From the human T2T-CHM13v2.0 reference genome, Homo sapiens: 64,000 nt of DNA. Numbering within the stretch: the stretch's first letter is position 1; each line of letters starts with the position of its first letter. The notes under the pieces were generated by a model. That model was not told the DNA's origin, ran no database searches, and worked only from the letters and a program-made list of their open reading frames with translations. Made by a program: the position numbers and the translations under genes. Location: the NCBI RefSeq assembly GCF_009914755.1, contig NC_060931.1; one strand, given 5' to 3'. Shown piece by piece: positions 54,950-64,000 of this stretch.

Positions 54950-56822
54950 GAATGAATGAAAAGATGAATAATATATTTCTTTAGAAAAATATGCAAATAT
55001 ACATCTTTTTGCTTTTAACGTACTCTGTATTAATTTATACATATACACAAGCATAAGCATTTCACATAATTTGGGCAGAACTATGTGCAATTCTATAATA
55101 AGCTATTTTGTTTTCTTCAACCCCTACTATATTAGCATAATAACATCTAAAATATTTTAGCAATATATTATCACATTTGTACCACAGCTGCCAGAAATAC
55201 TCTGTTTTCCATGTTTGTAAACAAAAATAGAACAATACTACATAACACTGTGATTGGAAAAATACCTTCTTTTCGATCCCCCCCTTACATTCAGTAAAGG
55301 AGACTTAAACTACTTTAGTATCCCAAATTCATTTTCTCTGTAGAAATATAATTAATTTTCTCTGGGTGCGCTAAATATGTAACCATAACAAATCAATTTA
55401 TTATCTTTCCACAACTAAATCACTTCTGAAAGGCAGTGGCAAAATATGACATAGATGAGACTGGAGATTTGGAGGGTTTCAATGTACCTCCTCATTTAGC
55501 ATACAAATTAAATAATGGTAACTCTGATTACTGTTGCAAATTCACAAATTAATTTCAGGTGCCAGTAACGATACTGGTTTATTCAGGATTTTCAAAAATC
55601 TTATACTGGGAAGTAAAGAGAGATATGATAATATAATACTGGATTTTAATGAGAAACGTTAAACATGAATTGATTTATGGTTAAATTTGGAGCAGTTAAT
55701 TTTTTCCCCTCCTGTTTTGGTAATAACAAGAAACAAGCGGTCAACCACAAGTTGATTTCTAATTAGCCCTCCTGGATCTTCCTGGAAAAGCCTGAGCTCT
55801 TTTTAAGCTTTGAAGCTGGGTGGAAAGCAGTTAATGGACTTATGTGGAGTCTTTTAATTACCAATATTCAACAAATTTATCTTTTACTGCTAGATAGCAC
55901 CCAAGGGCAAGAGGTAATCTGCTTTATAAACCTTGGAGTAATTTGCTTTATAAATCCTGGAGTTTAGGGGAGTGGCAAACTCTCTTTAAAGGGAGTATTG
56001 TCTTCCACTAAGAATTATATTTTTGGCAGTTTTGTAAAAATTTTTAGTGATAGATTCTTTGTGACCTCTCAGTTTATAAACATCAGCAACCAAAATACAT
56101 TCAACATTAAGACCAATTCTTTACAACAGCTAGGTCCTGCCCAATGGACAGGCTTGTCCAAAACCAAGCTGAGCATGTAATGTTTTCAGCAAATTGACTC
56201 TAAATTTCTTTTGCATTCAAAGCATACATCTTCCTGCCAAATGCAGGTCTTTTTCTTCACATATTTACTAATCTCTCTATTAGAAAGCCGCTTTGTCTTG
56301 CAGAGGTCACGTAGTTCATGTGGTTTACATTGTAAGGATGGTAAAACATCTCAGTAACATCAGAATTGACTGAAATTTAAAAAAATTAAAAATCAGATCC
56401 ATAGCCAAATACAGAAATAATCTAATTCAAAATCCAGAGTTAAAAATAAAAATATTGACAGTGATTTTAATATTTCAAAGGTATAAATGGCTCAGTATTG
56501 ACAAGGAGCACCCTGTATCTGAACTAGGTCAATTTCATTGTTTTTCTTTGATACTTTGCTTGCATTACTGTGACATTTGCATCTCAGTCCTGGATGAATG
56601 ATGGAGTTCACAAGTTGCAGTGGGAGACTCCATTCCTAGACTGTCTCCCAAAGCAACAGTACCAAGAATAACTTTCTTCAGATTTACAATGGACAAATTC
56701 ACTGAATAATTCTTCACAAATGATATGTTCGGTTCCTGGGAGGATGGAGAATACTTTAAATGCATGGTCTTTCTCCCAGGAAATGATGGCTCAGTGATCA
56801 CGATGCTGTGTTTGCTTCACAT
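54950..56822 (-). other. CALCR: CALCR 3'UTR (distal end approximate)
   Basis: Repeat-free AT-rich sequence following the CALCR stop codon. Minus-strand AATAAA at 55397-55402 and 55578-55583. The distal end is placed from my recollection of a ~1.9 kb UTR and cannot be proven from the sequence. Confidence 0.75.
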
Positions 56823-57056
56823 TCAAGCAGATGACTCTTGCTCTATGATATTCAAAGGGATGATCTCAGCACTCTCCTCGCCTTGGTTGTTGGCTGGTTC
56901 ATTCCTCAGCTCCTGATGGCAGATGTAAATTGGGATGTCGCCAGCCTCCGCAGCAGCGGCTGCAGCGCGAGCAGAGCGGTTGGAGGGGCGCCTCCCCCAA
57001 CGCTGGTTCCACTGAATTTTGAATTGGGCCCATTGGCGCTTCACGGTGGTTTGGAC
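56823..57056 (-). CDS. CALCR: Calcitonin receptor, last coding exon (helix 8 and cytoplasmic tail, 77 aa plus stop)
   Basis: Translates [77 protein letters not shown], which I recognise as the human CALCR C-terminus. Phase-0 acceptor at 57057-57058 and TGA at 56823-56825. Confidence 0.98.
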   Translation of the reverse strand, partial: VQTTVKRQWAQFKIQWNQRWGRRPSNRSARAAAAAAEAGDIPIYICHQELRNEPANNQGEESAEIIPLNIIEQESSA

Positions 57057-57097
57057 CTGGAAGAGAAAAAGGAGCCTTGTTTTTATATGATAGTCAG
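57057..57097 (-). promoter_or_regulatory. CALCR: 3' splice site of the CALCR last intron
   Basis: Minus strand CTCCTTTTTCTCTTCCAG|GTC. Candidate branch point CTGAC at 57093-57097. Confidence 0.9.
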
Positions 57098-58629
57098 AAA
57101 TGATCCATGCAAAGTGTACGAACATCGTTCTTAGAGCTTATCAGATTTAAAGAAAGTTAAATTGTAATTCTGATCTAAAGGGCTGGGCTGTGTATGCTGT
57201 GGCCACAGAATATATCAACTTGGAAGAAGAATTTGCAAATGGAAGAACTGAGTTACTTGCTTAAATTACCCCTGGCAAGGTTGTTTGCTAGTTTTAAGAA
57301 AAGGTTTCTTTAGCTTTCATATCCAATGAATAAAAGTTGATTTGGTTTCACAGGTAATGTGGTATACATGTCATAATAGGGAGAAAGGTTGACCAAACTT
57401 TTTATATGCTACCATCCCTGATAAGGCAGAAGTTTTTAATTTAAGTGTGCACATGAAAAATATATATGTAAACCATAGCACAGTTCTGGATTTTATGATA
57501 ATGGCCTCGTACAGTGAACTTTTCCTTGTCCGACATGACTTGAGATGGGTTATGCCAGATACATCTCTGGTTAATGCCATGACAACTTTTTAAGAATAAG
57601 ATTTTCTCTTTCTTTTGAAAGACTTCTAAAATGTAAACAAACTTGCCAGACTTGTTTTATAAATACGATAAATTATATATTGAAAACAAGAGGCAAAGAT
57701 GCTAACATCAGAAAGCTCTAAATATGAAAACTACAATAACCACAACTGAAAACAGTACCACAGACAGTGAATTTGCTTGTCTAGCTCTGCTTTTTATAGA
57801 AACGAATTCAATTTAGTAGTTAAGTTCCTCCTTCCTGTTGTCTCCAAACTTCTTGCTTTTCTCTATAGCTGAACAAAACTAAAAAAGAGATTATTGCAAT
57901 AATCTCTATTCTGTATTTCTGAGTTTCTATTGCTCAGTACATACAACAAGCTTACATAAAAATATTTGCATCAATTTATGATACATCCTTAGTTCATTCT
58001 GCTGCCAAACTCACATATGACAGCTAAACACATGAGAGAGAACCTGGGGAATATATAATGTGAACTAAATCATGTAACTACTTGATCATGGGGAATCATT
58101 TTATCTACTTTACATTTGTACAAATCTGAGAGATGAGAAAAATGACAGCAAAACTGATTAATGTTATAAAACTATATGTATAATATAAGGCTGAATGGTT
58201 CTGTGGCAAATATACTTTTTTTTTCCTGTATCTAGTAGAGTAATAATCTCCTCTGAGAATAATTAGTATTGTTCATATATTTTTAAAGATTTTACTCAGA
58301 GAAAGACAAAGTCAAATGATTCCTCAAAAAGCAACTAAAGGGGGTAGTTTATCTTCACACAGCACAGCAACCGTAAGGTTCGAGGTGACAAATGGCAATC
58401 AGAATTATTTAGCAATCTGATAATTTGGAATATTAGACTTTTCAGATTATGGAGGCAACACATCCTGAGTTTTGTTTTATTTTGTTTTGGGGTTAATGAG
58501 TGCTTGCATGAAGGGTACTTTATATCTAAAGTGATTTAAAACGGACAAAGACAAAAACTTTAAGTGCTAAGGAATAAGGTGGACCATGCAGCTGAAAGTT
58601 GTATTGAAAAAAGCCACGCAAGAACAAAA

Positions 58630-58850
58630 GATAGAATAACAAGTTTCAGCTGTTTATTGAGTGTTTACTAAGTACCGTATCATAAGTATGTGATTTGTAT
58701 TAACTTATTTAATCCTCACAACAGCCCTATGGGAAGGGCACTACTATCTTCACTTTATGGATGGGGCACTGAGGTTATGCAATGTGTCCAAAATCATATA
58801 GCTAGAATGTGGCAAAGCCACAGTACCAAGCAGAGCCTGGCTTTATTTGG
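58630..58850 (-). mobile_element. MIR
   Basis: TTTATTGAGTGTTTACTA…ATTTAATCCTCACAACAGCCCTATG…ACTGAGG. Confidence 0.85.
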
Positions 58851-58985
58851 GTGGTACTATTACCGTAGCTTTAAATGCCAGGGTTATAATCTAGGAACCA
58901 TCAAATGCCCCATTGAGAAACTGGGAAATATACAGGTTCAGCACATTTTTGGAGAAGCAATGTCTCCAGTCAAAGGAAGCTGATA

Positions 58986-59269
58986 GGCCGGTCGTGGTGG
59001 CTCATGCCTGTAATCCCAGCACTTTGGGAGGCCGAGGCGGGCAGATCATGAGATCAGGAGATCGAGACCATCCTGGCTAACACGGTGAAACCCTGTCTCT
59101 ACTAAAAATACTAAGAATTAGCCGGCGCCTGTAGTCCCAGCTACTCAGGAGGCTGAGGCAGGAGAATGGCATGAACCTGGGAGGCGGAGCTTGCAGTGAG
59201 CCGAGATCATGCCACTGCACTCCAGTTTGGGGAACAGAGCGAGACTCCGTCTCAAAAAAAAAAAAAAAA
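58986..59269 (+). mobile_element. AluY with a short deletion at the start of the right arm
   Basis: Y-type variants (ATCCTGGCTAACACGG, GAGAATGGC, GAGCTTGCAG). TSD AAAGGAAGCTGATA at 58972-58985 and 59270-59283. Confidence 0.95.
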
Positions 59270-60380
59270 AAAGGAAGCTGATAATTTCCACGGATTCAGC
59301 ATCTCTTAAATACCAAGATTATCCTTGTAGCTGAAACTTACACAGATATTTACAAGTATCCAAGCAGGCAGTTATGAGTTTAGAGTTAGTTTGCAAAAGT
59401 ATGCAGCATGAAAAAGAGGTCTTTTATTTCTCACCTGTCCTTTTAAAATAACTCCCATAGAGTATCCATTTATATTAATAAAGTACACAGCCCAGCATGG
59501 GGCCAAACGGTTTGATTTCTATTTTAATTTTTAAAAGTTATTATTACAGAAAGGTTCACGGCCTTCTTTAATTGCGTCCAAAATTACAACCCATCCTTTT
59601 GTGTGGAGATGGCAATGTGCTTTGATTTGTAAACTATTCATATAATAACAGGCCCTTAGCAGCATAAAAAAGACACTTAAAAAATTATAGACTAATAAGG
59701 GCAATTATCTCCTACAATATCACAGGTTGAGTCTGATGCTGCTCTGATGACAAGAATAAGGGCATTTAATCTGAAAAACAAAACAAAACAAAACAGGGAG
59801 AGTTTTGTTGCTCCTGAAAATAAATGTTTTCAGTTGTAAGTGGGATAAATGTAACAACAACAAAAAGATTTGAATTATATAAATTCATCACTCACTAAAA
59901 AAGCAATACACACTATTCACTTTACTTTTTTTCCTGATTATATCTATTTATGTATTGCCAACTTATAAAAATAGAGCCCTGGCCTCACAGTTTGAAGACT
60001 TAACTATTATACCTGGCTCTATTAATAAGCTTTGTAATATTTGGCCTTTGTATATTTAGGCCTCAGTTCCTACATTTGTACAAAACAAAATAAGTTTAGA
60101 GTCTTCATGGTTGGATTTGAATGTTTTTGTCTTTTGCCTTTCTTTTCCTGAGTTCATTCTAAGTACCTACTATAGTTATGTACTGCGGAATAGAAGGTGA
60201 GGTTTACCTCTGCAGTTTTGATCCAATGAATGCAAAGATTGTAACGCCCACTCCTTCACACTGTCACCACAATCTAACAGACCTGCTGCAACCTGAGCTT
60301 GACATTTAAAAATCATGATTAAAAAAAAAAAACACTTTAAATTCCCTAGAAGTTAAAAAGTAATTGCACACTTTAGACGG

Positions 60381-60750
<370 letters not shown>

Positions 60751-61137
60751 TTAGATGCTAAGGGATACTTGTGAATATTATTTACAAAGTTGTTGTCAAC
60801 ATTCTTTTCAGTCTTTCGGAGGCCATAGCAGCAATATCTCTACTGGTCTCTGATTTTATCTTACAAAATTTATATGCTCTATAATTTGAGTTGAGTACTT
60901 GATTATAGAATCAGAGCTTTCTGATTCCCATTCATTATCTCTTTTCTTATGTTTGGGGAAGATTCCTTGCTCTAAAGGGTAACAATACCTAAGTATCATT
61001 TATGATAAAGTTAAACTTTTTGAAAACATTCAGCCATTGTATTTCTTAATTTTCTTAAATAAAATTTCCTACATCTCCCCAGTTCATTAAGTCAAGGTCA
61101 TCCACTGCTTGAAGAACAAGTGTGATTGTGTCTAGAA

Positions 61138-61324
61138 TAGTGGTTCTTAAAGTGAAGTCTCTGGGTCAGCAGCATCAGTATCACCTGGGAACTTGGTTAG
61201 AAATGCAAATTCTCAAACCCCACCCCAGACCTACTGAATAGGAAACTGCTGCTGGGGCCAAGCAATCCCTGGTTTCAGAAATCTTCCAGGTGATTCTGAT
61301 GTACACTCAAGTTTGAGAATACTG
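61138..61324. mobile_element. MER5A hAT MITE, complete
   Basis: 187 bp with MER5A internal motifs and a perfect 8-bp TSD GTCTAGAA at 61130-61137 and 61325-61332. Confidence 0.92.
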
Positions 61325-63439
61325 GTCTAGAACAAGGAAAATTATTGCTTAGCATTGAGACTCAAAGCTGGCTTTCTTATGTCTCTAGAAAGACATTGTA
61401 TTGAAAATCAGGCTTTATTGAGTGGGAGAATTTCTAAACAGAAGAAACTTCTCTTTGCATATGTTGTGAAAATCTTACTGGTCTGCAGATAGTGTTTTAC
61501 TAAAAGCTACAGGGTAGAGAACATGTAGAATATGATATAGGTAGAGACCCTCACAGACAGGAAGGGGAAGTGGTGAGTGCACAGCCCCAAGAGGCCTGAG
61601 AGGAAGAGGAGAGAAAGACACACAAATGGCCTTGCATTTCCCTTCGTGGTGGGAGTACCTGGGAAAATGGGCAGAAGAAATCAAGCAAAAGATCATTTGC
61701 TTTCTTAGGAACCCTCCATTACATCAAGTTTTTCTTTTTGTTTCGAGAGCACAGTCCTGAAAATAGCCAGCCCTGAAAAGAAACTCCACATTTGCCCCTG
61801 GCACCATGTCCAACAGCGGAGCAGCAACGGCTATGGCATGTGCTGAAGATAGATTCACAGGCTCTATGTGGTGTGAAGAAAGGAGCTGGAGTTCCAGGCT
61901 CCTCGGGTGGCTTGGCGGAAAGAACTTGTGAATCAGAATAGGGCTGTGGCTTCATCAAGGAGGCCACAGGTGAAAAGACTTCTCGAGGGCTTAGTAGTAA
62001 GGGGAACCAGCGTGAACTTCAACAGCAGGTGCTGGCATTAAAACTTGGTAGCCAGTTGCTCTTTTGGACAAAGGCTTTTTGAATTGACTGAATATTTTCT
62101 ATAAAGAGACTGCTGTAAACCACTAGAGGCTGGTGGAATAGTCTCTTGAAAGCAAGATAAGCTACAGGAAATAAACAAAATTTTAGCTTTTGCACACTCC
62201 AATTTGTGACAGTTAAATGGAGATGTTTCTGATCATGCTACTTCCTTCTATAAACTATTTTATCCACGATGTACGGAGAATAGAAAGACACAAGAAAAGG
62301 GAGAAAATCTAGTGTGTTGTTAGAACTTTCATTTCTATGCTACTTCTTGGAAACAAATTGTGCATTTTTATAGCTGCAATCATCTTTTTCAGGTCTCTTA
62401 GGTACCTAATAATTTACTGATATGTTTGGATAATCAATGTCCACTCACTTGGAAGAGTCATTGTAGGAAATGCTTGATACATAAGCATGCTCTCATGGTC
62501 CTCTCCTGATTTCTATTACTTTAATTCTTCAAGTTCCTTTCCTGCTTCTAGTCTACCCACTGACTTTCTATATAATTCATTTTCATAATGATCATTTCAC
62601 TGATAACATACCAATAATGAATCAAAATTCAAAAATGAAATAATAATTTCACTGATAACATACCAATCATAATCAAAATTAAATTGCACATAACACAATG
62701 TGATGTGATCTCATTATTATGTTGAGTTAGCCCCCTAGATTTCTGCTAAAACTCAGTATTCAGCCAGGCACCATCCCATCACAGCCCTATCTTAGATGCA
62801 GCTGGAAATAACTTCCTGCATGTGTGAGTGCCCTGCCTGTGTTCAATATTGTAAGGTGATGCATTCGCAGAATGACCAGCTGAGACCCAGATGCCTAAAA
62901 TCCATGGGTCTGTGATATTACATCTGGCACAGTACACAATTCTATATTATTAGAAATGTCACACTTTTACCTTCCCCCAGTAACGGGATCTTAATGAAAA
63001 TGGAAATGGTTTCTTTACTTCAAAATCAGAGATAACATATAGTCAAATGAACTCGAGACATTCAATTGCTAGGGTACCCCTGGGTTTGCTTTCTATGTCT
63101 GACACTTCCAATGACAGTATCATAGATAAGACACAATAAATATTGTGGTATTTTTACGAATGCATGCAATCCTCTTGTGTTTTTCCAGGTATGCCCCACT
63201 GAGCCTGATTTCTCATATTAGCTCTATTTTGATATTATTTTAGACAAAAAATTTATTTTGCATGCCACCTGAAACAACCCAAAAGGCATGGATATACATT
63301 CACAGAAATTGATATAAACACGGGGTGACTTACGCCCTACTCATTTATTAGTTTTTATCATTCTAAAAAATATTAAAATTCTAAAAATATTGCCACTCTA
63401 ACAGCGGGCAATGGAAGGATGTCTTTTCATTTCTATTCT

Positions 63440-63530
63440 AGGCCCTTAGTCTAGCCCTTAGCAATAGTAAATGCACAATGTATTTTTGTTGAATGAAGGA
63501 ATGAGTTGGTAGGTGAATGGATGAAGAAAG
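63440..63530 (+). mobile_element. L2 3' terminus
   Basis: ATAGTAAATGCACAATGTATTTTTGTTGAATGAAGGAATGA. Confidence 0.6.
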
Positions 63531-64000
63531 GAAGGAATAAAATGTAATAACTAAAATGGAGAATAGGAACAACAAAAACTTTGTCATGTTGCGGTTGGAA
63601 ACGGGTATGAACAGGTCACAGAATAGCAAAATATTGTAGGTGCTCACTAAATATTATTTAACTTAGTAAAAAGATAGAGAATAAATTAGCAACTGACAAT
63701 GGCTAGAAATGTTTCTAATTACTAATAGGAAAGTAATATATTGATGTCTTGGCAAAATGTGATTTGCCTTGTATGGAATTATTCTTAATAGGAATTGATT
63801 TAAAATGTTCAAAAATGCTTTGGCATTAAAAGTTGTGTGGTCCTAGAAAAAACATACTAACATAGCTCCAGGAAGGAATTATAGATATAGATAAGTTAAT
63901 TGGGAGTTGGTCAGTTTAATTGAAAAACAGGAAATCTGTGTTCCAGTCTGGGTTATAACCATAAGTGCATTTGTGACATTGGGTAAATCACATGATCTTT

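Noticed and set aside
57057-57125. N-terminal 23 aa of ORF 56823-57125
   Set aside because: Intronic read-through upstream of the splice acceptor, not part of CALCR.
56838-57134. 98-aa + strand ORF antisense to the CALCR exon
   Set aside because: Shadow ORF of a GC-rich coding exon, with no independent promoter, splice or homology evidence.

Overview
Human (or near-identical great-ape) genomic DNA. The only cellular coding sequence is the last coding exon of the calcitonin receptor gene CALCR (minus strand, 56823-57056, Leu allele of the known Pro/Leu tail polymorphism). Its 3'UTR runs to about 54950 and part of its last intron fills 57057-64000. By established gene location this is 7q21.3, and 1-54.9 kb is the intergenic interval downstream of CALCR. 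That interval is a dense layered record of transposable elements: L1PA/L1M LINEs, a THE1 provirus, MLT1/MLT2 LTRs, a HERV-H lacking its 5' LTR but with an intact 3' LTR7, Alus, L2/MIR, MER5 and Tigger elements. All other ORFs in the track are decayed TE fragments or noise. The most notable structure is an L1 insertion at 11037-13345 that combines a twin-priming 5' inversion with an apparent ~0.8 kb 3' transduction, all inside one 13-bp target-site duplication (TSD). Other points: two more twin-primed L1s (one only ~90 bp), an LTR7 followed directly by a splice donor, an MLT2A1-type LTR with DUX4-like motif and donor, a 66-bp Z-DNA-type tract, and an inverted AluY pair in the CALCR intron. I see no evidence for a novel gene system. 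Subfamily names come from recalled consensus features, and boundaries of old repeats are approximate.
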